A stretch of 17,097 nucleotides of DNA. Origin: a virus. Position numbers and translations under genes: made by a program. Each line of letters starts with the position of its first letter. The stretch's first letter is position 1. The notes beneath the pieces are model-generated. The model had not been told where the DNA came from. It ran no database searches and was given only the letters and a program-made list of their open reading frames with translations. The stretch lies in the UHGV virus genome UHGV-1592266; one strand, 5' to 3'. Shown here piece after piece: positions 7,512 through 15,693 of the stretch.

Positions 7512-7557
7512 CACCTCTGTGTATTTATGCCAAAAATAAAGGCCGACTATGCGGCCT
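7512..7557 (-). repeat. About 45-bp direct repeat, copy 2: terminator hairpin plus conserved leader
   Basis: Plus-strand cacctctgtgtatttatgccaaaaataaaggccgactatgcggcct. The minus-strand hairpin GGCCGCATAGTCGGCC plus T-run sits 5 nt after the stop of the membrane-protein gene. Confidence 0.7.
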
Positions 7558-7561
7558 GAAA

Positions 7562-8011
7562 TTACTTAACCAATGATGCTGCATATTCGATAAGGTAAAG
7601 CTTTGGGGCCAGCCAAATTTTTAACCAAGTCATATTGGTTACTACACCAATAATAAAAATCCCCCACAGAGTCAAAACTACAACCAATGGCATGATAAGA
7701 AGATTAATATCACCTTTGCTATCCCAAACCATTGTCGGCCTGTATTTGGGATTTCCTTTCTCCCATGAATATCCTTCATCACCGATTTTACCTGTCTCAA
7801 CTCTTTGGCACTGCTTCTTCATAAACCAGAAAACCAGTGGGATTGTTAAAATGGCCATTAATGTTTTAATCAGACTGTCAACCATATTCCATAGCAGCAA
7901 CTGATGAACAACATCAGGAATCTGTGCCTGGCTGAATGAAACAGCCGCGTCTATTCCATTACTGGCTTTTTGCAGTAGTTCTACGAGAATCTTGTTTGCT
8001 TGTTCTTCCAT
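7562..8011 (-). CDS. Membrane protein with two predicted transmembrane segments, possibly superinfection-exclusion (SieB-like position)
   Basis: Start placed at the ATG at 8011 (MEEQANKILVELL...), preceded by GAGG; the ORF-track start at 8062 is a TTG. Hydrophobic stretches LIKTLMAILTIPLVFWF and INLLIMPLVVVLTLWGIFIIGVV. Sits between N and the recombination genes, where lambda and P22 carry sieB. Confidence 0.45.
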   Translation of the reverse strand: MEEQANKILVELLQKASNGIDAAVSFSQAQIPDVVHQLLLWNMVDSLIKTLMAILTIPLVFWFMKKQCQRVETGKIGDEGYSWEKGNPKYRPTMVWDSKGDINLLIMPLVVVLTLWGIFIIGVVTNMTWLKIWLAPKLYLIEYAASLVK

Positions 8012-8019
8012 ATCTAACC

Positions 8020-8184
8020 TCAAATAAGTGGTTTGCTGCGAAAATAAATACGTTCCCACCAAGTTCCGTATCTATCTATCCAGTTACACCAATCATCGAC
8101 ATTCCATTTTGTTGTGTCGCATTTTGGCAACTGGCATGAATATCCACCTTCTTTGTAAAGTCGGCGTTTGACTTTCTTGAGCAT
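8020..8184 (-). CDS. Small Cys/Trp-rich hypothetical protein (54 aa) immediately downstream of N
   Basis: ATG at 8184 lies 8 nt after the N stop and is preceded by GAGGTG. Frame MLKKVKRRLYKEGGYSCQLPKCDTTKWNVDDWCNWIDRYGTWWERIYFRSKPLI. Below the ORF-track size cutoff. Confidence 0.4.
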   Translation of the reverse strand: MLKKVKRRLYKEGGYSCQLPKCDTTKWNVDDWCNWIDRYGTWWERIYFRSKPLI

Positions 8185-8192
8185 GGCTCACC

Positions 8193-8525
8193 TCAATCGT
8201 AATAAGCTGGAATTGATTTTCCGCGTTGCTTCTGGCGGCCTGAGCAAGTCACACCCATTTCACTGCGTGGCTTGCTGTACCATGTGCGCTGATTCTTGCG
8301 CTCAATACGTTGCAGGTTGCTTTCAATCTGTTCGTGGTATTCAGCTAGCACCGTAAGGTCTATAGGATTCAGTGCGCTTTCTACTCGTGATTTCGGTTTG
8401 CGATTCAGCGAGAGAATAGGGCGGTTAACTGGTTTTGCGCTTACCCCAACCAACAGGGGATTTGCTGCTTTCCATTGAGCCTGTTTCTCTGCGCGACGTT
8501 CGCGGCGGCGTGTTTGTGCATCCAT
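8193..8525 (-). CDS. N: Antitermination protein N (lambda-type)
   Basis: MDAQTRRRERRAEKQAQWKAANPLLVGVSAKPVNRPILSLNRKPKSRVESALNPIDLTVLAEYH... is a near match to lambda N, including the Arg-rich boxB-binding N-terminus. ATG is preceded by AGGAGAA. Confidence 0.9.
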   Translation of the reverse strand: MDAQTRRRERRAEKQAQWKAANPLLVGVSAKPVNRPILSLNRKPKSRVESALNPIDLTVLAEYHEQIESNLQRIERKNQRTWYSKPRSEMGVTCSGRQKQRGKSIPAYYD

Positions 8526-8793
8526 CTGGATTCTCCTGTCAGTTAGCTTTGGTGGTGTGGTGGCTGGTAGTCTAGCTCCAGCTTGTTGAGTCTCATTCGG
8601 AGGGGTATAACCGGCACCCCAGCGATTTTTCCATGCGACAACGTGCGCGTTATGGCGGCCTTATCGCCCGCGGCTCCCCATCTCGTCCACGCTATTGCTA
8701 GCGTTGGGAGCGCTTCACCGCTCAACAGTAGGTAAGCACTTGCCAGTGACTAGCTGGCTTCACCACACCCCAAAGCCTTCTGCTTTGAATGCT

Positions 8794-8823
8794 GCCCTTC
8801 TTCAGGGCTTAATTTTTAAGAGC
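8794..8823 (-). promoter_or_regulatory. nutL site (boxA plus boxB) for N-dependent antitermination
   Basis: Minus strand reads GCTCTTAAAAATTAA-GCCCTGAAGAAGGGC: boxA-like GCTCTTA followed by the boxB hairpin GCCCTGAAGAAGGGC. Lies downstream of the OL/pL region and upstream of N. Confidence 0.8.
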
Positions 8824-8863
8824 ATCACCTTCATGGTGGTTAGCGCGTCCTGCTGATGGCTTA

Positions 8864-8936
8864 AAATTACAAGAAAGATTGTATACTGTAAACAAGAAAT
8901 ATTGTAAAAAGAGGCGTGAAAAACAAACTCCGTTGT
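8864..8936 (-). promoter_or_regulatory. OL operators (three 14-bp ACAA-N6-TTGT sites) overlapping the presumed pL promoter
   Basis: Sites ACAAGAAAGATTGT (8869..8882), ACAAGAAATATTGT (8892..8905) and ACAAACTCCGTTGT (8923..8936). Candidate pL on the minus strand: -35 TTTACA (8887..8892), -10 TAATTT (8864..8869). Confidence 0.7.
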
Positions 8937-8986
8937 TTTTAAACGGAAAATAGTTTGTTTTTTGGTTATCGAGATTGAGGTGGGGA

Positions 8987-10339
<1,353 letters not shown>

Positions 10340-10347
10340 GACATTCC

Positions 10348-10379
10348 CGCTCTTACACATCCCCGCCCTGAAAAAGGGC
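10348..10379 (+). promoter_or_regulatory. nutR site (boxA CGCTCTTA plus boxB GCCCTGAAAAAGGGC)
   Basis: CGCTCTTACACATCCCCGCCCTGAAAAAGGGC lies directly downstream of cro. It is followed by a lambda-like tR1/cII leader (...CATACATTCAATCAATTGTTATCTAAGGAAATACTTACATATG). Confidence 0.85.
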
Positions 10380-10458
10380 ATCAAATTAAACCACACCTAT
10401 GGTGTATGCATTTATTTGCATACATTCAATCAATTGTTATCTAAGGAAATACTTACAT

Positions 10459-10737
10459 ATGCAACTTACAAGTACTCGCAAGAAAGCGAATGCAATTACA
10501 AGCAACATCCTGAATCGAATTGCTGTACGTGGTCAGCGAAAGGTTGCCGACGCGTTAGGGATTAATGAATCGCAAATTTCGCGATGGAAAGATAGCTTCA
10601 TCCCCAAAATGGGAATGCTTCTGGCTGTTCTTGAATGGGGTGTTGAAGACGAGGAGTTGGCGGAACTGGCTAAGAAAGTAGCCAGAATGCTGACAAAAGA
10701 AAAAGCCCCGAAGAACGGCGAATTCTTCGAGGCCTGA
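10459..10737 (+). CDS. cII: cII transcriptional activator (lambda-like)
   Basis: Start placed at MQLTSTRKKANAITSNILNRIAVRGQRKVADALGINESQISRWKDSFIPKMGMLLAVLEWGV..., similar to lambda cII (..SQISRWKRDWIPKFSMLLAVLEWGV..). ATG is preceded by AAGGA. Confidence 0.85.
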   Translation: MQLTSTRKKANAITSNILNRIAVRGQRKVADALGINESQISRWKDSFIPKMGMLLAVLEWGVEDEELAELAKKVARMLTKEKAPKNGEFFEA

Positions 10738-10771
10738 TGTAGAAAGACTGGATCAATCCACAGGAGTAATT

Positions 10772-11416
10772 ATGACATACGAAAATGACAAATTCCAGGT
10801 TCTGAAGAGCATGAAGGTGCCAGATGATTTTAAATCAAATGGCTTTGTTTATGTGCTTTCTAATGAGTGCATGCCAGGAATTTATAAGATTGGGATGACT
10901 AAGCATTCACCAGAAGTTAGGGCTAAAGAAATTTCAGCCTCTACTGGCGTTCCTAAGCCATTTAAGGTGATAGCAGCCTTTCATTCAAATAATCCCGCAT
11001 CAGATGAAAAACTCATGCATAAAGCCTTTGCAAAAGAGAGGCTTAGTGATAATCGAGAGTTTTTCAAGCTTGAAGATAATGAGCTTTCTGAATCTCTAAA
11101 TGAAATAAGGGCGCTGGTTGGCCCTGAAAGAAATGGCGAGACGGCAGAATACGCAATTTACGACTCATTCATTTCTTTTCGCCATGAAAATGAGCTTGAT
11201 CTTAATGAGGAGCTTATAGAGCAAGGTCTGGGTAGTGTAGTTGGTCATCTTCCTGCGGTGAAAAATTTCCTTATTCGCGCCGGAATTGATTACGCGAAGC
11301 AACTGATAAGCAAATATAACTCATCGATAGTTATTAATACAGATGGCAGTGTGGTGATGGTTAAGTCTCTTGAAGCCCAATGCTTTGATGCGGAGGTTGG
11401 AAATGAGCCTGGCTGA
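10772..11416 (+). CDS. T5orf172-domain (GIY-YIG-like) protein inserted between cII and O
   Basis: N-terminal GFVYVLSNECMPGIYKIGMTKHSPEVRAKEIS...PFKVIAAFHSNNPASDEKLMHKAFAKERLSDNREFFKL fits the T5orf172 pattern (VYVL.N...KIG.T...R..E.....P.F.V......E..LH..F...R...EFF). AT-rich relative to flanks. ATG is preceded by AGGAG. The 3' end overlaps the O start by 14 nt. Confidence 0.6.
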   Translation: MTYENDKFQVLKSMKVPDDFKSNGFVYVLSNECMPGIYKIGMTKHSPEVRAKEISASTGVPKPFKVIAAFHSNNPASDEKLMHKAFAKERLSDNREFFKLEDNELSESLNEIRALVGPERNGETAEYAIYDSFISFRHENELDLNEELIEQGLGSVVGHLPAVKNFLIRAGIDYAKQLISKYNSSIVINTDGSVVMVKSLEAQCFDAEVGNEPG

Positions 11417-12245
11417 AGTATTTTACCTGTCGAAGAGTGAACCTGTTGAACAGGAGCGAAGAGTGGCTGATATCGATGATGGTTACACCAGATTCGCTAA
11501 CGAGCTGCTGGAAGCTATCGCAAGTGCTGATTTAACCGCTCGCCAGTTGAAAGTTATGCTGGCCTACGTCCGGAAAACATATGGATTCAATAAGAAAACA
11601 GATCGAATAGCCGATGAGCAAATTGCTCAGTTAACAGGACTGTCAAGGCAGAATGTTAACAAGGCTAAAAAAGAACTGATTTCAATGAATTGCCTGTTTA
11701 TGGATGGAAATCAAATCGGTGTAAACAGTGAGGTATCTGCGTGGCAATTCAGCAAGTGTCTCCAAGTTAGCAACTTTGTCTCGAAGTTAGAGACAAAAAA
11801 TGTCTCCAAATTAGAGACACTCAATGTCTCGAAGTTAGAGACACACAAAAGACATTCTTTAAAGACAAAAGAAAATATTAATAAACCCCCTATATCCCCC
11901 AAAAAAGTTTCTCAGAAGTTCGACCCGCTAGAAACAGAGTTGCCTGATTGGTTATCAGCAGAAACATGGTTGTCGTGGGTTACCTATCGCAAGGAGATAG
12001 GTAAGTCGATCAAGTCTAAGCAAAGTGTCACTCAGGCTATCAACGTTCTAAGCAGAAGTCTGGAGAAGGGATATACACCTGAAGAAATTATAAACCAGAG
12101 CATCGCCAGTGGTTGGCAGGGGATTTTTGAACCCAAGACTCCAAAGGGGAAATCTCAACCGAGGCCGCAGCAGCGAGCTATGCAGGAAAACTTTGCCGCC
12201 AAAGATTACGGGCAAACTGAAATGCCTTCATGGGCGCAGGAGTGA
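11403..12245 (+). CDS. O: Replication initiator O (lambda O-like, iteron-binding)
   Basis: Start placed at MSLAEVFYL..., preceded by GGAGG. The segment ERRVADIDDGYTRFANELLEAIASADLTARQLKVMLAYVRKTYGFNKKTDRI parallels the lambda O N-terminal domain. The ori iterons lie inside the gene. Confidence 0.8.
   Translation: MSLAEVFYLSKSEPVEQERRVADIDDGYTRFANELLEAIASADLTARQLKVMLAYVRKTYGFNKKTDRIADEQIAQLTGLSRQNVNKAKKELISMNCLFMDGNQIGVNSEVSAWQFSKCLQVSNFVSKLETKNVSKLETLNVSKLETHKRHSLKTKENINKPPISPKKVSQKFDPLETELPDWLSAETWLSWVTYRKEIGKSIKSKQSVTQAINVLSRSLEKGYTPEEIINQSIASGWQGIFEPKTPKGKSQPRPQQRAMQENFAAKDYGQTEMPSWAQE
11757..11843. repeat. Replication-origin iterons: four ~19-bp repeats followed by an AT-rich tract
   Basis: tgtctccaagttagcaact, tgtctcgaagttagagaca, tgtctccaaattagagaca and tgtctcgaagttagagaca begin at 11757, 11777, 11801 and 11825. 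Each carries an internal TCTC/GAGA dyad. The tract 11844..11910 is AT-rich. Confidence 0.75.
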
Positions 12246-12247
12246 AT

Positions 12248-13141
12248 ATGAATACGACAAATGGTTACAATCTGGCACTGCAAAGGCAACTTGTAGACTC
12301 AAAAATCAATGACATTTCTGATCTGAAACAGAAACTTGAGTTTAGCAAAATTGGATCAGCATCAGATGGAATGTCAGTTACCAGCACAGTGGAAGAGTGC
12401 GAGAAACACGGTAAATATACTTCCTATGAGAAATATCTGACCATCTCAGGAAAAAGAATTACTTCAAGTAAATCTGAGTGCCCACAGTGCCTTGAGGAGA
12501 AAATTCGTAAGAAAGAGATTGAACGTGAGCAGGCAGAACAAAGAGCAAGACAATCAAAAATTGAATATTTGTTGAATTCTCTCAATATTCCAGAGAGGTT
12601 CAAAAATTGCACTCTTCAGAATTATGAGCCTGTTAACGATGATGCAAAGCGAGTTCTTAAGGTATGCCAGGCATATGCCAGTAAGTGGCCTGAACGCCTT
12701 CAGAAAGGTGGCGGACTGGTCATGTGTGGTAAGCCTGGAACTGGAAAGAACCACCTTGCACTGGCTATCGCTAGGCACGCCATTATCGAGCATCAAAGCT
12801 CTGTGATATTTACCACTGCGTTGAAAATTGCCAGAGAGTACAAATCAACATGGTCTAAGGCCGCAACCAGAACTGAAGAAGAAGTCATTAGGCAATTTAC
12901 GCATCCTGACTTGTTAATAATCGATGAGGTTGGCGTGCAGTTCGGCAGTGATGCTGAAAAGCTAATCATGTTCGAAATTATCAACACCAGATATGAATAC
13001 ATGAAGCCAACAATCCTGATTAGTAATCAGAGCAAAGATGAACTTTCGGCATTCATTGGTGAGCGTGTTATTGACAGGATGAATGATGGCGGCGGATGCA
13101 CCCTTGCGTTTACATGGGATAGTTACAGGAGCAGATCGTGA
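12248..13141 (+). CDS. DnaC/IstB-like AAA+ helicase loader occupying the position of lambda P
   Basis: Walker A GKPGTGKNHLA and Walker B LLIIDEVG. N-terminal Cys pairs CEKHGKY...CPQC. ATG at 12248 is preceded by AGGAG, 2 nt after the O stop. Confidence 0.75.
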   Translation: MNTTNGYNLALQRQLVDSKINDISDLKQKLEFSKIGSASDGMSVTSTVEECEKHGKYTSYEKYLTISGKRITSSKSECPQCLEEKIRKKEIEREQAEQRARQSKIEYLLNSLNIPERFKNCTLQNYEPVNDDAKRVLKVCQAYASKWPERLQKGGGLVMCGKPGTGKNHLALAIARHAIIEHQSSVIFTTALKIAREYKSTWSKAATRTEEEVIRQFTHPDLLIIDEVGVQFGSDAEKLIMFEIINTRYEYMKPTILISNQSKDELSAFIGERVIDRMNDGGGCTLAFTWDSYRSRS

Positions 13142-13428
13142 CTGGAAAAGAAATCATCCTGGAATATCTGAAAACTCATGAACAATTCTCCCCACATGAA
13201 TTAGCTCTGATCACCGGAATACCAAATAACAGAATCGCTCAAGCAGCAAGGCATATGGTGAAACAAGGGCATTTGAGTGTTGTTGAGCGTAAGTGGAAGA
13301 CGGTTATTTATGCGAAACGCAAAGTGAAGAAGGAGCCAATTAAAAGAAATCCAGATGGTACGGGGTGGGGATGTGCAAATCCAATGACGGCGTTTATTAA
13401 TAGGGCGCTTATGGAGGTAAGGCAATGA
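13138..13428 (+). CDS. ren: Ren-like protein
   Basis: MTGKEIILEYLKTHEQFSPHELALITG... (96 aa) resembles recalled lambda Ren (MTGKEAIIHYLGTH...), also 96 aa. GTG start overlaps the upstream stop (GTGA). Confidence 0.6.
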   Translation: MTGKEIILEYLKTHEQFSPHELALITGIPNNRIAQAARHMVKQGHLSVVERKWKTVIYAKRKVKKEPIKRNPDGTGWGCANPMTAFINRALMEVRQ

Positions 13429-13694
13429 ATAAAAAACAATTAGCCATTCTCGAAAAGGCATGGGATGCACAAATATCATGCGCTTTGAAAGAACAGGCAC
13501 TACCAATAATCCAGACCAAATCGAAAATAGCCAGGCAGTTATGCGATGACGGATTCCTGAACGAAGTTGAGATTACGCGCCAGATGGTAACGTTCAAAGG
13601 GTATGAGATAAATCATCATGGTATAGCGGCGTATTGCTCCCACCTTCCTGATGACGTTGACATTGATGAAATGGAAAGGGAGATGAAGCAATGA
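13425..13694 (+). CDS. Hypothetical nin-region protein (89 aa)
   Basis: ATG is preceded by GGAGGTAAGG and overlaps the ren stop (ATGA). Confidence 0.5.
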   Translation: MNKKQLAILEKAWDAQISCALKEQALPIIQTKSKIARQLCDDGFLNEVEITRQMVTFKGYEINHHGIAAYCSHLPDDVDIDEMEREMKQ

Positions 13695-13768
13695 CCATCT
13701 ACATCACTGAGCTAATAACAGGCCTGCTGGTAATCGCAGGCCTTTTTATTTGGGGGAGAGGGAATTGG
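13691..13768 (+). CDS. Possible 25-aa hydrophobic peptide
   Basis: MTIYITELITGLLVIAGLFIWGRGNWRL. ATG overlaps the upstream stop (ATGA) and is preceded by GGGAG. Too short to support firmly. Confidence 0.25.
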
Positions 13769-13780
13769 AGGCTTTAAGAA

Positions 13781-13996
13781 ATGAGTACGATAGCTGAGCT
13801 TGTCAGGGCTAATTTTCGTGAAGAGTTGGTGCGTTGGTATCGGTATCGTTCATCGTCCAGTTTGCCGATTGATGAGTTGTATGAGCATTCACCTGCTGCA
13901 CGACGCTATCCGCGTGACCGTGTTCTTCGACGGTTGTCCAAACTCAACAATGAGTTTCAGCGCAACAGAATTATTCGGAGTCTGGATTTAAAGTAA
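13781..13996 (+). CDS. Hypothetical nin-region protein (71 aa), Arg-rich
   Basis: ATG is preceded by GGAGG. Basic composition. No family recognised. Confidence 0.45.
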   Translation: MSTIAELVRANFREELVRWYRYRSSSSLPIDELYEHSPAARRYPRDRVLRRLSKLNNEFQRNRIIRSLDLK

Positions 13997-14006
13997 AGGA
14001 GTGAGC

Positions 14007-14213
14007 ATGACAAATCAGCAGCAAATAGAGTTCATCCTTGAGCAGATTCGAAAAATGCGAGAAAAGAACCAGCCAGACATGATGGAAATATGGAGACGCC
14101 AGCAGGAAGAATACCGCAAGCATATTTTTGGTGAGAGAAAACAGGATGACTGGAGCCTATATGGCTATGGCACCAGGACAAATAAAAACGGATATAGCAT
14201 TTACACATATTGA
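14007..14213 (+). CDS. Hypothetical nin-region protein (68 aa)
   Basis: ATG at 14007 is preceded by AAGGAG. Frame MTNQQQIEFILEQIRKMREKNQPDMMEIWRRQQEEYRK... Confidence 0.45.
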   Translation: MTNQQQIEFILEQIRKMREKNQPDMMEIWRRQQEEYRKHIFGERKQDDWSLYGYGTRTNKNGYSIYTY

Positions 14214-14221
14214 GGAATTCC

Positions 14222-14632
14222 ATGAAACAGACAATTTTCCTCAGGAGTAAGCAACAACAGCAAGCCGCAATCACCGCCATCCTCGCAACACCACTCGATA
14301 AAGACAAGCCAGTTACCATCCGCATTACTGACTACAAGCGCAACCTTGACCAGAACGCAAAATTTCACGCGATGCTGGCGGATATCGCAAGTCAGGTTCA
14401 ATGGTGCGGCAAATGGTTAAAACCAGAACAATGGAAGGTTTTGTTGATAAGCGGTCATGCAGTGGCAACAAAGCAGGAAGCTGATGTTTTGCCCGGGCTT
14501 GAAGGCGAATACGTCAACATTCGCGAAAGTAGCGCGCAGATGAGCGTGAAGCGCATGGCAAGCCTGATTGAGTACACGACAGCATGGGCTATTGGTCAGG
14601 GTGTCAGATTTACCGACAGGAGGTACGAATGA
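14222..14632 (+). CDS. ninB: NinB (Orf-family recombination mediator)
   Basis: ...[45 protein letters not shown]... parallels lambda NinB (..IVVTIQERNRSLDQNRKLWACLGDVSRQVEWHGRWLDAESWKCV..). Confidence 0.8.
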   Translation: MKQTIFLRSKQQQQAAITAILATPLDKDKPVTIRITDYKRNLDQNAKFHAMLADIASQVQWCGKWLKPEQWKVLLISGHAVATKQEADVLPGLEGEYVNIRESSAQMSVKRMASLIEYTTAWAIGQGVRFTDRRYE

Positions 14633-14811
14633 GACGACAGCGACGAAGCATCACCGACATCATCTGCGAAAACTGCAAATACCTTCCAACGAAGCGCTCC
14701 AGAAATAAACGCAAGCCAATCCCAAAAGAATCTGACGTAAAAACCTTCAACTACACGGCTCACCTGTGGGATATCCGGTGGCTAAGAGAACGTGCGAGGA
14801 AAACAAGGTGA
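14629..14811 (+). CDS. Small basic nin-region protein (60 aa) with a Cys pair
   Basis: ATG overlaps the ninB stop (ATGA) and is preceded by AGGAGG. Frame [33 protein letters not shown]... Confidence 0.45.
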   Translation: MRRQRRSITDIICENCKYLPTKRSRNKRKPIPKESDVKTFNYTAHLWDIRWLRERARKTR

Positions 14812-14978
14812 TTGACCAAAATCGAAGTTACGAACAAGGAAGTGTCGAGCGAGCTTTAACGTGCGCTAACTGCGGTCAGAAGCTGCATGTGCTGGAAGTT
14901 CACGTGTGTGAGCACTGCTGTGCAGAACTGATGAGCGATCCGAATAGCTCAATGTACGAGGAAGAAGACGATGAATGA
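14808..14978 (+). CDS. Small zinc-ribbon-like nin-region protein (56 aa) with acidic C-terminus
   Basis: GTG start overlaps the upstream stop (GTGA) and is preceded by GAGGA. Motifs CANCGQK...CEHCC. C-terminus YEEEDDE. Confidence 0.4.
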   Translation: MIDQNRSYEQGSVERALTCANCGQKLHVLEVHVCEHCCAELMSDPNSSMYEEEDDE

Positions 14979-15693
14979 GTTAATAAATGGCAATGCCATC
15001 AAAATGACAAGCATTGAAATCGCTGAGTTGGTGGGTAAGCGTCATGACAATGTGAAACGTACCATCGAAACACTGGCTAAAAATGGTGTTATCCGGCTTC
15101 CTCAAATTGAGGTTTCCGAAAGAATCAATAACTTAGGGTTCAATGTTCAGTACGAGCATTACGTCTTCGAAGGCGAACAAGGTAAGCGAGATAGTATTGT
15201 TGTTGTTGCCCAGTTGTCGCCAGAGTTCACCGCTCGCCTTGTTGACCGCTGGCGAGATCTTGAAGACGCTGCGGTTAATATCCCCAAAACGCTACCAGAA
15301 GCGTTGCGCCTTGCTGCTGACCTTGCTGAGCAGAAAATGCAACTGGAAAACCAGCTCGCAATTGCCGCACCTAAAGTTGAGTTTGCCGATCGAGTTGGCG
15401 AAGCCAGCGGAATTTTGATTGGAAACTTTGCAAAGGTTGTCGGTATTGGTCCAAACAAACTGTTTGCGTGGATGCGCGATCACAAAATCCTTATTGCTTC
15501 AGGTTCCCGGCGCAATGTGCCAATGCAGGAATATATGGATCGCGGCTATTTCACAGTGAAAGAAACAGCGGTCAATACAAATCACGGAATACAGATATCG
15601 TTCACCACAAAAATCACCGGGCGTGGTCAACAGTGGCTGACCAGAAAGCTGCTCGATAACGGAATGCTGAAAGTAACAGGGGAGGCTGCTTAA
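14971..15693 (+). CDS. Phage antirepressor / regulatory protein (Rha-type N-terminal domain, ANT-type C-terminal domain)
   Basis: N-terminus NGNAIKMTSIEIAELVGKRHDNVKRTIETL is Rha-like. C-terminal half (..FAKVVGIGPNKLFAWMRDHKILI..) is antirepressor-like. Domain assignment is from memory. Confidence 0.6.
   Translation: MNELINGNAIKMTSIEIAELVGKRHDNVKRTIETLAKNGVIRLPQIEVSERINNLGFNVQYEHYVFEGEQGKRDSIVVVAQLSPEFTARLVDRWRDLEDAAVNIPKTLPEALRLAADLAEQKMQLENQLAIAAPKVEFADRVGEASGILIGNFAKVVGIGPNKLFAWMRDHKILIASGSRRNVPMQEYMDRGYFTVKETAVNTNHGIQISFTTKITGRGQQWLTRKLLDNGMLKVTGEAA

Noticed and set aside
8543-8725. 60-aa minus-strand ORF between nutL and N
   Set aside because: It lies in the pL leader between nutL and the N RBS, has no Shine-Dalgarno sequence, and lambda has an untranslated leader here.
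11757-11843. Possible CRISPR array
   Set aside because: The repeats are 19-bp iterons with 1-5 bp spacers inside the O gene and encode a repetitive peptide in frame. There are no unique spacers of CRISPR length.
12424-13002. Minus-strand ORFs of 62, 80 and 69 aa inside the DnaC-like gene
   Set aside because: They are antisense to a well-supported AAA+ coding frame and have no RBS.
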